In this document: piece by piece, positions 51,349 to 64,000 of the stretch
Layout: each line of letters opens with the position of its first letter
How positions within the stretch are numbered: position 1 is the stretch's first letter
Source of the DNA: Callorhinchus milii
Taxonomy: Eukaryota
Direction: 5' to 3'
NCBI RefSeq assembly: GCF_018977255.1
Contig: NW_024704743.1
Location: 107,882,001 to 107,946,000, forward strand
Length of the DNA: 64,000 nucleotides
Position numbers and translations under genes: made by a program
Notes under the pieces: model-generated
Databases searched by the model: none
What the model was told of the DNA's origin: nothing
Seen by the model: the letters and a program-made list of their open reading frames with translations, nothing else

Positions 51349-52120
51349 TTAAAGGTCAATGCATGCTGTGAACCCTCAAGCTACTTACTAATGAGAATCG
51401 CTGACTGCAAAGCTGTGAGGCTGCAGGGTTTACAGATGATCTTCTAAAGTAACCTACTTTTTTTTTGTTGTTGTTCTTTTCTGATGCATCAACCATTACA
51501 TGATCTGACCTGTCAGCTAGGCTGTCAAGAAAGGGAGTGCAAAGCTCTTTCCACTTCGTCTCTGTGCAGTTGCCTTATTTGTATCCAGGGCTTGGTAGAG
51601 TAATATATCTACATTTGCACTGGGGCTCTTATGAATAGCTCTTTATTTAAAGATGCCGATTTGACCCTCCACTGGCCGAATAGTCCCATTAATAAAATGG
51701 AATCAGACAAAGGAAGTGCAAAGCTATTCAGCTTGTAAAGAACTGGTGCAAACTGGCTGCCGCCCTCATTCCCCTCCTCCCAGTGCTTTCTGTGCAGTTC
51801 TGTCATTAGCACACACGTCCAGTTCTTTTCACACATAACGACCTCATCTCTCTCTCTCTCTCTCTCTCTCAGACACACATAAAATTATCTCTGGAAAGAT
51901 CAAAGTTCATCGCTGCTCTGGGAGAGTTGTCTTTGTGGAGATCGCCCTCATCTGCCCACTTTCTGCTCGTCTTTTTGTTGAACGCTAAACACTAAGCAAT
52001 AGGTATGAAGTAATAATTCCCCAATTGCATCTTCAATTTCATCTGATGCCACCTTTGATCTTCAAGCACTGCACTATATTAGGGGTCAGCCTCCAGATCA
52101 ACTATTACTTGCACTTATAA

Positions 52121-53607
52121 AACAACAACAACTTGCACTTATATAGCACCCTCCAAGCAGGGTAGCACTTAGTTAGTTAGTTAGTTAGTTAGGGTGGACC
52201 CTGACTCTGAGCCGGGGGACTATGACTGTAAGCACGGTTGAAAAGGAAAGTTTTCAGGCGGGACTTGAAAGAGGGGGCAAGGCGGAGGGATTGAGGGAGA
52301 GTGTTCCACAGTTTCCGGGCATAGTGACTGAAAACACAACCTCCAATGGAAAGCAGAGGGTGCGAGGGACAGGTAGGTGTCAGTTGAGGGGAAGCATCGG
52401 TGGTGGATTGGGGAGTGAGGAGGTCAGAGAGCTAGGGAGGTGTAGGGAGTGAATGGATTTGAACACGAGTATGAGGATCTTGAAGTCGATCTGTTTGATG
52501 ATGGGGAGCCAGTGGAGCCTGGCCAGAACTGGTGAGATGTGGGTACGGAGTTTGGTCCTGGTCAGTATTCGGGCAGCAGCGTTCTGAATAAGGGAATTTT
52601 TTGAATAGTGGAGCTGGGGAGACCGGCGAGGAGTGCATTTGTGTAATCCAAGCTCGAAGTGACAAATGCATACATGAGGGTTTTGACTGCATTTGGGATA
52701 AGGTACGATCGGAGGTGGGCAATGTGGTGAAGGTGGAAGAAGGCGGTCCTGGTCAAGGACTGGATGTTGGGGAGAAAGGACAGTTAGGGGTCGAACCGGA
52801 CACCTAGATTGCGCATTGATTCGGTGAGTCTGAGGGAGAGCCCAGGGAGGAGCCGTGGCGGAGGGAAAAGGTGGTGTGGATGGTCTGGGTGGGATGGAAG
52901 GGGAAATGCGGTGGGAGGACGACGCAGCCAAGTGGATGTTTTCAATCTTTGAGGCAAATAATTCTAGGACCTCTTTGCACTTGGTGTTTGATGTGAGGAT
53001 AGAGGGAGCTATAGGGGGTGCACAGAGGTGATGGATGGTGGAAAACAGTGTCTTTGGGTTGTTTTTGGCCTCCAGGATAACTCCGGAGTAAAAGTCAGTT
53101 TTGGCCAGTGAAAGGGGGAGGCGGTAGGTGCGGAGGTGCTCAAGCCACAGTTGGTGGTGAATCATGAGGCTGGATTTCAGCCATCTGTGCTCGAGCGTCC
53201 AGGATTGGGTTTTAAGTGTGCGGAGATGACTGTTGTACCGGCAGAGCGGGTGGATTTGGCAACAGCCCTGGATTTCAGGGGAGTCAGGGAATTAAAAGTT
53301 GTGGAGACAGTCATTCATCAGCTTGACGGCTACATCAGGATCGCTGCGGGTGAAGGGCCAGAGGGAGAGGAGGTTCGAGGAAGAGAGGGCATTTGTGAGG
53401 TAATCAGGGGCGGAAACAAATGGTGGAAGGTTTGGAAGAGGGGAGGGGGATGCAGGAGAGGGAGATGAAGATGAGGAAGTGATCCAAGATGGATTTGTCC
53501 TGATGGGACAGGTCGGAAATCTCAAGGCTGTATGTGATGATGAGGTCGAGGGGGTGGCCTTGGTTGTGGGTTGGCGAGTTGATGTGGAGGCATATAAGTG
53601 AGCGGAG
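52121..53607 (-). mobile_element. L2 LINE relic with endonuclease C-terminus, linker and ORF2 C-terminus but no RT core
   Basis: PTHNQGHPLDLII...LDHFLI (APE endonuclease end), NNPKTLFSTIHHL linker, MRNLGVRFDP...SSLDYTNALLAG. Confidence 0.85.
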
Positions 53608-53742
53608 ATGACTGTTGCCTTTCAGGTAGAAAAACATCTTAGGGCACTTTACAAAGATGTATTATGTATTGGGATCCCAGGCAGGATAGGATATTCGGGG
53701 GTTGGGGGGGTAGGCGGGGCTAATGGTAGCTGTGGAATACAG

Positions 53743-54660
53743 TACAAAATTACATTTGTAAAGCGCCTTTCACATCGGGAGGATGTCCCAAGGTGCTGAA
53801 CAGTTAGGGATTAGGACCCGAGTGGGTGAGTGGTGGGGGCAGGGTTAGGAATCAGGGAGGGTGGAGGGCAGAGAAGATGGCCAAAGAGGAGGGTTTGAGG
53901 CGTGCCTTGGAGGAGGCAAGTGGGGGAGCAAGGCAAAATGAATGTGGGATGGAGCTCCAGAGGGTGGGGACAGAGAGGCTGAAGGTTCAACCGCTGATGG
54001 TGGGGTAGGCCGCACAGGGGACATGGAGCAGGCCGGAGAGATAGAAGTGGGCAAGGTAATGGAGGGTCTTGAAGGTGAGAACGAGGATTTTGAACTAGAT
54101 TCTCTGACGGACGGGGGGGGCCATGCTAGCTGGGTGAGGGTGTGTGCGATAAAGGGAGACTTCCAGACAGGGTGGTAAAGTGACTGAAAGAACACTCACT
54201 GATGGTGGGTAGGGGGCGTGACAAGTAACATGAAGCAGGTCAGAGAGCTTGTGAAGCGGAGGGAATGGGCATGGGAGCAGGACTACAGAAAATCACAGAG
54301 ATAAGGTCATTGAAGACTTAAGAAGGTAAGATAAACATAATCCACTGGGGAATAGAGTCACTGGAGCCTTGTAAGAATGGGAGTGATGGAGCCTTCATCA
54401 CTGCCATGTGGGAGAGAATATGGGTTGTGGAGTTCCAAGTTATCTGGTGCTGAATCTGTAGAGGCTGGCGGAGCAGAGTGTTGGAAAAGTCAAGATCAAG
54501 TCTGGAGGTGCCAAAAGCGTAGTTGAGGGTTTCGGCTGCTATGGTGATGAGGCAGTGACAGAAGTGAGGTTGTTGCAGAGACTGAAGAAACGGACTTGGT
54601 CAAGAACCGGATGAGAGGCTTAAAGGAAAAAATGAGGGTTAAACAAAAGGTCGTGATTTT
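53743..54660 (-). mobile_element. Two adjacent L2 3' fragments
   Basis: L2 tail at 53743; degenerate ORF2 C-terminal sequence. Confidence 0.72.
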
Positions 54661-55370
54661 GCTCTGCAGTTACCAAGCTCCAGTTGCCCCACTTTTCCCC
54701 CATTTTTTCAAGTGGAATAAGTTTAAGATCATTATTCTTGCCTTCAAGTTCCTTCAATGATCTTGCCCCACCCTATCGTTGTGATCTCTTGTGGTAAGCA
54801 GCAGGAAGCGGCCAATGAGGTTGATACAATTAATGCCTGGTGCTACAGACTGAATCATAAAAAAGAGCCCTTCTCCTGTTTCTGGATTCTCCTCAGCCTC
54901 GCAGGCAGATGTGGCTATCTCAAGTGCCAAGCTAATTACCAATGCCATATGTGTCGAGGCTCAGTCAGGATCTTAATGGAGTGTTTCATGAAGACCGTGA
55001 CATTTTAATTGGTGCAGAAGAATGATACATATAACGTGGCTTTTCAGCAAACTGCAGTCAGTCTTATGTGACTACCTGTCGAGAGCATTTTGACTCAACA
55101 TAAAATCCATCAGGAACGCACACTGCAATTTTTTCTGGTTAATCTAATTTTTATTTAGTATGTACTGCAGGTAGATTTAAAAAGAGAATACGTTTAGGCA
55201 TTCTATTTAAGATGCTGCATTCAAATTTCACAGACCGCAATTAGCTAATTTTAAAGAAGTAGCTATTTTAATGATATTTTAAAGAGTACACAGAGCATGT
55301 TTTCAGGACTGGGAACGTCAATTATTTGCACAACGTATGATTTTGTTTATATGAAGTAAAGTGAGATCAC

Positions 55371-55462
55371 CTGTCCACGTTTGCAGCCCGTCGACTCGGG
55401 AAACTTTTCCAGCAAAGCACACGTTCTTGGTACATGTTTGCAGGAATTCTCATTCTTACGAC
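55371..55462 (-). CDS. ASPH: ASPH exon (GRKNENSCKHVPRTCALLEKFPESTGCKRGQ)
   Basis: Not in the ORF track; translated by hand. ctccag| acceptor, |gtgatc donor, 92 nt, phases consistent with neighbours. Confidence 0.95.
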
Positions 55463-55730
55463 CTGGAGGGGGAAACAAAAGCGGGAAGAAAAAAAGCATC
55501 CAAATTACAACAAAGCAGTAGCTGAGTTATTGATAGTAATGTCAAACCATCAGAATTAGATAGTTATAGACAATGGATTTCTAAGCCGTGGTAAACATTC
55601 ACACTGGCATTCTGTTAAAATACAGCGCTCTGTTTATACACAGCTAACCAGTGCTCCTGATTCATTCAAATTCTAGCAAAAAAGGAGGCTTCTCAGCCCA
55701 TCAAGCCTGCTCTCAGAGCAAGGTGTTTAT

Positions 55731-56270
55731 TCATAGAATCATAGAATAATACAGCACAGAAGGAGGCCATTCGGCCCATTGTTCCTGTGCCAGCTCTTGG
55801 GAAGAGCTACCCAATTAGTCCCACTCCCCCGCTCTTCATATCCTTGCAGATTTTTCCTTTTCAAGTACCCATCCAATTCCCTTTTGAAAGTTCTTTCCAC
55901 CGTTTCTGGCACTGCATTCCAGACTGTAACAACTCTGCGTAAAAAAAATTCTCACCTCTCCTCTGGTTCTGTTGATAATTATCTTGAATCTATGTCCCCT
56001 ATGTCCTCTTTATTCTATCAGAGCCACTGTCCTGCCTTATCCCCATATACCTTCAAACCTCGATCTCTCATACACCAGTCTACTTCCCTCTTGAAACCCC
56101 CAATAGACTCTCCCTCTAACTCTTGACTGCTCAAAATGTCCAGAAATTCTGCCCATGGTGACGAGGGGCCATTGTCCCAAGAAGAGTGCAAGGAGAGTTG
56201 TTTTTTCCACTTAGAAAGTTGTTGAGAAGTCCAGCGTTCTGGCCTCAAACACCCTTCCTAGCAACCTGTT
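55731..56270 (-). mobile_element. CR1 3' fragments (two)
   Basis: catagaatcatagaat...cacagaaggaggccattcggcccat; ESIGGFKREVD remnant. Confidence 0.8.
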
Positions 56271-56379
56271 CTACTGTGTTGGTGCATCTGAAAGTACAGG
56301 TCTAGGTTTACTTTTTCAATCCCATTTAAAATGTTACAGACCTCCATGAAATGCCTTCAATTATCTTCTCATAGTACAG

Positions 56380-56572
56380 TAATAATTACAATTTGGTCAC
56401 TCAATCTACGACTGTTTGTGGGACACTGATGTGTGCAATTGGCTGCCACATTTCACAAAAAAATACAGTCAATCCACTTTACAGTATATTCTATGAAGCT
56501 CTTTGAGGAGTCTCGAAGACATGATAAGGTATTATATCAAATGCAAGGATTATTATTTATTTATTATTATTA
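56380..56572 (+). mobile_element. SINE 3' half (further tails at about 9603-9720, 24033-24135, 36985-37102, 49110-49228, 57930-58060, 60845-60950)
   Basis: Family tail cagtcaattcactttacagt...aaatgcaaggattattatt. Confidence 0.85.
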
Positions 56573-59500
56573 CAGTGATTCTGTGGCGTTAAAGCAGAAT
56601 AAGAGTGAATATGCTTCGAAGTGGCCATTTGGAGAAGTGGGACAGCAAACTCTCCTTTCACCTCAGGTTTAAATCCAGGTGGCAGAATGGTAGCCTCCTC
56701 TCTGTACTGACTGTAGGGCACCTTCAGAAGGTGGTTTGGGGGCAGACTGAATGCACAATGTGAATCTGCAGCACTATTGCCCTCAATCAATATGAAATTG
56801 GCAGCCTCACTCACAGAGGATATAGTGGAAATACAACAACTGTTCAGCAGAGAATACTCTTCTAGATTGGTGCTAAGATCGTCATTGGGGCTGGATGGTG
56901 GGACTGTTACCCATTAAAGGAAGCAGGTTGGGTTCAACAGTGGCGATGTGGGAGTAGATAACTACAGTTTTCTAGAGTTTTACTTTGGGAACTGGGGAGC
57001 ATTTATGTAGTAGTTTGGCCAGGAGATTAAGCAGTGAGTTGGGGTGAGGTCCACAAGAGGATACGTCTGCATTGATGGTGTAGGTATGGATTCCATGGGC
57101 GAAATATCCTTTTCTCATCTGCTGGTTCCTGTTCTAAACCTTAGACAACCATTATCAATTCTAAAGTTTACCCCAATGCATGAGGGAGCTTGATTTCATA
57201 ATGTTTTCACAGATGGAAAGAGGTTTTATTCCTATTAACTACGATTTATCTCAATTAAACATGCCCATCAGAGTGTTTCAACAGTGTTTCCCTTTGTTGC
57301 AGTGCTAATCTCACCACTTCAGCCTCCATTTGCAAAGTCCTTATGTCTAATCTATTCAGGCAAGATAGACTGAGAGAGAGGAGGTGGGGGGGGGAAGTGG
57401 GGAGGCGGGTAGAGAGAGGGAGAAACCTGCATCACAGGCACAGACAGACCCTTCCGCAGTAATGAAGGCTTTGCAGCGGAATTGTCACAGACTCTGACAG
57501 CTCACACATGCCAGCTCATGCCTCCTCTACATGTAGGAGTCCAATTCGATCCACAAAGGACATAATTGAGTGTTCGGCGAGTGGGTGGACAAGTGCTCTG
57601 AAAGCTTTGATGCACAACTCCATTGGGAGATGAGAAACGTTTGAATGCAGCATCCCTTTGTGTTTAGATACTTCTAGGTTTTCTGCTTTATCACCAAGTG
57701 CAGAACAGGTCCTTTAACACCCCCCCCAGCCCCATCCACCTCAGAGCCTCTTACTTTATTGACAATAGTGTATTTGAAACTCCTGCGCTCACAAAAAGCA
57801 AATCTGCATCATCAATATTTTAGCATTGAACAGGGTAAATAGTTAATCAGTACTTTATATTCTAAGTATTTTTATTAAAGCCGACTGGGTATGCAGTTAT
57901 GTGTACGCCTATCAACCAAAGACTATATTGGTGAAAACATGCAATATGCCTGTAAAAATAGTCACGGCACTTCACAGTAAAATCCTATGAAGTAATTTGA
58001 GATGCCTCGATGACGTGATAAGTAACTATATTAAATGCGAGTATTATTATTATTATCATTATAATTGGTTGCATGTGCACTGCGTTCAGTTGATTGGAAG
58101 ATGATCTGCATTGTGTGACCCCAAAACCCAGTTAAGGCTACTCACTTCAGTGAGAACAGGAGACTGCAACAGCAACAACAAATTACATTTGAATAGCACC
58201 TTTCATGTCGGAAGACGTCCTGACACAAAGTGATGATGTAGCGTTTTGAAACACAAGTTCACTTCCCCGCTCCACCTTCGTCAGCTCTCCCACCCCGATT
58301 AGGCTCAGAATAAGTTGTGTGAAATGTTTGAGATAACACCTTGCATTTATATAGGGCCCTTCCCACAGATAGTTTCTCAAAGTGTCGAGATACCCTCTTG
58401 CTGTGGAAGGCATTTGTATGAACTTAAGGTAGTTGTTTTTCTGTCTCTACAAGCTACCAACGGGGACTCCAAACATCCCAAATCAACCTTCCTATCCTAC
58501 AAATACCAACAACCTCCCAATAAGACAGGTGGTTTGAATGTCCACTGAAGCTGATACAACAACAACTTGCACTTATATAGTGCCCTCCACGCAGGCTAGC
58601 ATCTCGGAGCACAACTGATCCACATTTCCCAAACCCCACTACGGGGCACAGGACCTTAACCAGAAGTAAATATTATTGTTAACAGACTAGGATCTTGAAT
58701 TATCCAATCCAGGTTCAATTTCATATTTATTAGATTTATTGTACTTATACGATACAATTTATATATCGCCTTTCATGTTGGGAGAATGTCCCAATTTTGG
58801 CTGGTAATTGGAGCTAATGTTGGGAGCTAATGTTGGGAGCTGAGGAAGGTGAGCAGGGGAAAGATGACTGAAGGCATTGTTATGGCTCGCTGTGCTAAAT
58901 ATTTGAAAGTTCTTCGGCAGTGGTTATTTAGGCTGTGATATCCTTTTACTGTCACAGAGCTAATGGTGAGGGACAGCTCCACAGCATCACTGAGTCTGCA
59001 GCCACTAAGTGACAAGTTTCGGGCACCTTGTGCCGAGATCTTACAACACAGAGTTATTTATAAATCCGTTAACCTTGACCTGACGCCAGCAGGGAACATT
59101 TCTTGCAGCAAAAGTTCGACAAAATTCCAGCTCCTGCAAACATTTTTGTAAGCAGCTCACATTCAAGCATTAAGCTTTATATTTATTGTTAGGGCGACAT
59201 TGTACCATATTGGACTTGTGGGTGTTTTCTGTGGGTCGGAGGAAGAGTGTGAGTGGAGGGGTGTGAGTGTACAAAGAAGGGAAGTGTGCACGAGGGAAGG
59301 ACTGGAGCTGGGAATGTGTATGTGTGTGTGTGTGTGGTCCGGGGGTAGAGGGAGAACAATATGCAGACTAGCTTTTGCTAACTTCTAATCACATTGGTTG
59401 TCTCTTTCTCCAGGCTGAACGACAAGGAATTACAATGTTGGTTCATGCCCACGGGTACCACATGGTGAATGGGAGTCAGAGTCTGCCGCTTGCACTTTGC

Positions 59501-61117
59501 TCACTCCACCCTAACCTGCAGAAAACAAAATTAAGACTGAATTGAAGAATTTTCCAAAATTCGGCATGGTCTTAAAATTTAAGACAATGGTCTTGAGGCA
59601 GGGACGGTGGGAATGTTTGTGTCTCTGCTGAAAACAGGACAAATTTTGGTTGCCATTGTCATTGCAATCAAACAGCCTGGCAACATTCAGAGCTGAATAG
59701 CCATGTGGGTCAGGCACCGGATTGCAGCAGGTGCCGTAACCAGCAAAAAGAAAACAGTCAAAAGTATTTCAGGAACAAGGGTGGGGGGAAAGGAAAAAAG
59801 ATCAGACAAAAAATATCTGGCAGAAACCCCCCTGCCCCCCAAAAAATGAATTCAATATTTCCTCAAGGAGCTAAAGTTTACGATTCAAGGATTCGCTGTC
59901 AAAATTACTTGAAAAAATGTTTCATGAGACTTCAACTCTGGGTAGATTACAATGAAAATGCATATTTGTATAAATGTGGCAATGTGGGTAGAGCATTCAA
60001 CTCTGCTTCAGACACCAAAGTTCGTTGTTATGGACGAAGCTAACAAGGCTTCTGGCCTTCAGATATTTGTGCCCATTTGTGGTTCGTTTCCTTTTTTAGT
60101 TCACCTCATTTCCAAGGCAACTCTTTTTCATAAGACCAATGGATCCAGATCCTCAGTACACTCACATTAATGTAAGCTTTAACAGAGCTTTGAAAGGGAA
60201 GGAAAGTCCATGGGAAATATTGCCTGTTCAAAGTATTTTCTCTAACTATAGAAAAAGAATACATCCTTATACAATTGATACTGTGACAAATGGTAATTTT
60301 TCTTGTGCCTTATGAAGCTGCTATGCTAGATCTGCTCTTTACCAACATTAAAAGATCACCAGCAATTAACAGAGCTCTGTGAGCATACACACACATAAAC
60401 CTACCCACACTAAACTTCACTCTGCTAGAATACAGAGTAGTGTGGAGCCAGCAATGTAAATCAGAGCTGGAGGCTTGAATGGCTGGCTACAAAGCAGGTA
60501 CCTTTGAATGGTCGTCTTGCAATAAAATTTGCATTAGAAACAATCAATACCAGCATGGTGCTAACAACTTAGTTGTCTTACGGGGAAATGATGTCTTGGG
60601 AGTCATAAACTGAAATGTAAAAATACATTCACTTGAAAGCCTATTTATCCAAAGCTCTACTTGTGACTTTGCTAAAACAATGTTTTTTTTGTCAAACAAT
60701 CACACTTTCTTCCAACTACTACCAATACATCACATCTGGCGCAATGTCTACAATGCTATAGCTCTGCCGGGCTTGTTAGCTTAGGAAATCACCCACTCTC
60801 ATGAGTGGTTGCTTGATAGTAAAATCGTTCAAAACATACTTTCATTGTATACAGTCAATTCACTTTACAGTATGTTCTGTGAAGCGCTTTGAGACATCTT
60901 GAAGATGTGATAAAGCACTATATCAAATGCAAGGATTATTATTATTATTCTTGTAATATTAGGGAATCAATACACTCCACCACATAGAAAATATTGGACA
61001 GTGGCCTGTCCACATAAACAACAGGGGACAAAATGGATTATGTCATAACAACATCATGTTTTATAGCCATTGACCTTTTATGCCAAAAGTGTGGTGAAGT
61101 GAGCACGTTTCTATCTT

Positions 61118-62215
61118 CAACAACAAGATTACATTTGTATAGCGCCTTTCGTGTCGGGAGGACATCCCAAGGTGCTGGACAGAGTACATCATTTCAGACC
61201 CGAGCTGTGGTTGTGGGGGAAGAAGAGAGGGGAGGGGAAGGGGAGTGACCGATGACATGGTCGAAAAGAAGGGTCTTGAGGCGGGACTTGAAGGAGGCTA
61301 AGGAGGGGGCGAGGCGGAGTGACTGGGGGATGGAATTTCAGAGGTTGGGGGCAAAGTGGCTGAAGGCTCTCCCGCCAATGGTGGGGTGGGTGGGTCGGGG
61401 GACGTGGAGCAGGCCAGAGCCGGCTGAGTGGAGGGAGCGGGCGGGTTGGCAGGGGGTTAGGAGGTCACAGAGGTAGGGTGGGGCGAGGCCATGGAGGGCT
61501 TTGTAGGTGAAGACCAGGATCTTGAACTGGATCCTCTGAAGGATAGGGAGCCAATGGAGTCGGGCGAGAGTGGGGGAGATGGGGTCACGGAGTTTGGTGC
61601 GGGAGAGGACACGGGCTGCAGAGTTCTGGATTATCTGCAGCCTGTGGAGGGAGGAGTTGGGAAGGCCGACAAGCAGGGCGTTTGCATAGTCGAGTCTGGA
61701 GGTGATGAAGGCATGAACAAGAGTTTCAGCGGCCTGAGGGATGAGGTAGCGGCGGAGACGGGCGATATTACGGAGGTGAGGGAAGCCAGAGCGGGTCATG
61801 GCTTGAATGTGGAGGAGAAAAGACAGTTGAGGGTCAAACAAGACACCGAGGTTCCTGACTGGCTTGGTGAGCTGTAATGAGCAACCATGGAGGTTGATGC
61901 TGCCAGAGCCTGAGGTGCAGAGTCGCTGCCGTGAGCCAATCAGGACAGCCTCAGTCTTGTTCACATTCAACTATAGGAAATTTACCCTCATCCAGGACTT
62001 GATGTCCGACAGGCAGTCTGTCAGGACAGCAGTGGTTCTGGAGTTGAGGGATGGAGGCAGAAAGATAGAGTTGGGTGTCATCCACATACATGTGGAAGTC
62101 TGCGGATGATATCACCAAGGGGGAGCATGTAGATACTAAAGAGGAGAGGGCCAAGGACAGTGCCCTGGGGGACGCCAGATGTGACAGTGCGGGGGCTGGA
62201 GGAGAATCACTGGGT
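61118..62215 (-). mobile_element. L2 LINE, 5'-truncated, about 1.1 kb, with RT C-terminal motifs
   Basis: [27 protein letters not shown] (YADD motif), 210-aa ORF NVNKTE...LHWLPI; frameshifts present. Confidence 0.95.
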
Positions 62216-62506
62216 GCCCAGCTAACCCTGTATCCACCCACATTCAATGCCTGTTATTGAATGGCTTCCAAGTTGCTGACTCACCCAATGCGAATTAGCA
62301 AAAATAAAATCTTCTATGGTAATCTTAAAAACAATTTTCTCATTGATTTTTGCAGGATTGTTAGCGTTTATGATAATTTCAATGAGTGATAAAGCCATGA
62401 TATATCTTGCCTCGGGTTTTAAACACCACAATATAACGAGATAGAAAATCAATGCAATGTAACATTACATATCTCTAATTATGCTCTGCATGTACTTAGT
62501 CCCTAC

Positions 62507-62642
62507 CTTGTTGCCAGAGCGTAAACTGGCCCCAGTTTCCTTTCTCTCTTAAATTTTCATCTTCAGGCAGGAAAAAACCCTTTTCTTGGTCCATAACAGA
62601 CATACCCTCATCACGGATCGTCTTCCAGTTCCTCTCAAGAGT
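62507..62642 (-). CDS. ASPH: Aspartyl/asparaginyl beta-hydroxylase, internal exon (TLERNWKTIRDEG...QFTLWQQ)
   Basis: Matches the ASPH oxygenase domain. Minus-strand ctgcag| acceptor and G|gtaggg donor. 136 nt. Confidence 0.95.
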
Positions 62643-62820
62643 CTGCAGCAAAGAAAAAGGATAATACTGGGATGGAGAGTTTGATGTTGGGAAACACAAT
62701 GCAGAACATGGATCTTTTCCCGACAAAGAACAATCGGGGAACACAACCACCATCAAACTCTACAAGAGTGAGCCTCCCAATATAACACTAGATGCAATAA
62801 TAACTAGTTATTGAGCTGCA

Positions 62821-63143
62821 GTGGAGTCCTGTAGCTCAGTGGTTACAGCATTTGCCTCAGAAGCGAGAGACCTGGGTTCAATTTCCGGCAGGGAGAAACC
62901 TTGGCCGAGTAAGGAGAAATCCTTACTCCGCATGCCTGATAATGATCCCGCAAGAAAAAAAACAATAAAAATGGTGTCCCTCATTCCACGACTGTTTGTG
63001 GGACACTGCTGTGAGCAATTGGCTGCCACATTTCGCCCACAAATTATACAGTCAATTCACTTTACAGTATATATTGTGAAATGCTTTGAGACGTCTAGAA
63101 GATGTGAAAAGCGCTATATCAAATGCAAGGATTATTATTATTA
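62821..63143 (+). mobile_element. Full-length SINE (short subfamily)
   Basis: gtggagtcctgtagctcagtgg head, same body and tail. Confidence 0.9.
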
Positions 63144-64000
63144 ATTATAATAGTAATCCCTTTTTCGAGCCGTGCCATGAGATCTTTAATATCCACCAGA
63201 ACCTAATTTTGAAATTGGATTTGTGGTCTTAATTTCATGTACTCTTATTCCCAAGCTTTGCTCCATCGTCACATGAACTGGGACATTAAAAGATGAAAGA
63301 CAAGTCCATCGGGTTTATTGTTGGATTTCTGGGCTTCTGATCAAGAATGGCATTGTCGAGGTTTGGCAGCAGATTCCCTGAGCAATGATGCATGGCACAA
63401 AATGATCAAAATGTCAGAGAAAATTAGTTTAAAATGTGTGGGGAATAAACACATTTATGAAACATCCAGCTATTGTTAATAGCTCTTCAAATGTCTCCAT
63501 TGTGTTACTGTGTGGTAGTTCTTAGCTACCGTCTATCAGAGAACTGGAATACCTCCTGGTTTTAGTCTGAAGACTTATGTGTTAATAATTAAGCAAGTGC
63601 AGAATTTTGAAGAATTACTTCAGTCTTAACTTAAAAGCTGATTGTAAAGAGCTTTCTAAAATTGCGTGCAATGGTTGATTTTAAGGCAATCAAAACGACA
63701 GTCAGAATGTAATAATAATCCTCGAAATTGATATTCAGGGAAATTCTGTTAATTGAATATTTGATTTAACAGCAACATTTACTCAATTAAACAAACTATT
63801 CATATAACCAGACTAAATCTAAGAGGAGACTCATCTCTTGGAGCTGGAGCCACACGCACTCCAACCTCATCGGAACCACACTCCTCAGATGCCGCCTGTA
63901 GAAGCTAGTGATTTGGGACAATGTGTTTATCTCACGATTAATTATTTTTTATACGAATGGATTTGGGAAAAATTATTCAATAAACCTAATTATTTTGATA

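Noticed and set aside
52380..53165. 261-aa ORF
   Set aside because: Chance read-through across a deleted L2; it switches out of the L2 frame midway.
61338..61970. 210-aa ORF as a functional or domesticated gene
   Set aside because: Part of a 5'-truncated, frameshifted L2 ORF2 with an altered YADD motif.

Overview
Vertebrate genomic DNA, most likely a cartilaginous fish and probably a holocephalan (inferred from the SINE/L2/CR1 repeat content and compact introns). It holds two convergent genes. CLVS1 (clavesin-1, CRAL-TRIO/Sec14 family) has its complete coding sequence on the + strand in 5 exons (5303-44351, 331 aa, C-terminal clathrin box LLALD), with a CpG-rich, G-quadruplex-prone putative promoter at about 2.4-4.5 kb. 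ASPH (aspartyl/asparaginyl beta-hydroxylase) contributes its last 4 coding exons on the - strand (62642-48808). All 9 exons have canonical splice sites with matching phases. The introns are filled with tRNA-derived/Deu-type SINEs, L2 and CR1 LINE fragments, old MITE-like palindromes and simple repeats. I found no evidence of a new multi-gene system. The most notable observations are a uORF-packed CLVS1 leader with two alternative acceptors, a perfect 49-bp duplication around a scrambled SINE insert, compensatory base pairing between SINE and L2 3' hairpins, a TTAA-flanked piggyBac-type MITE, an RT-deleted L2 and several repeat-free enhancer-like blocks. Comparisons with human proteins and named repeat families are from memory and need checking.
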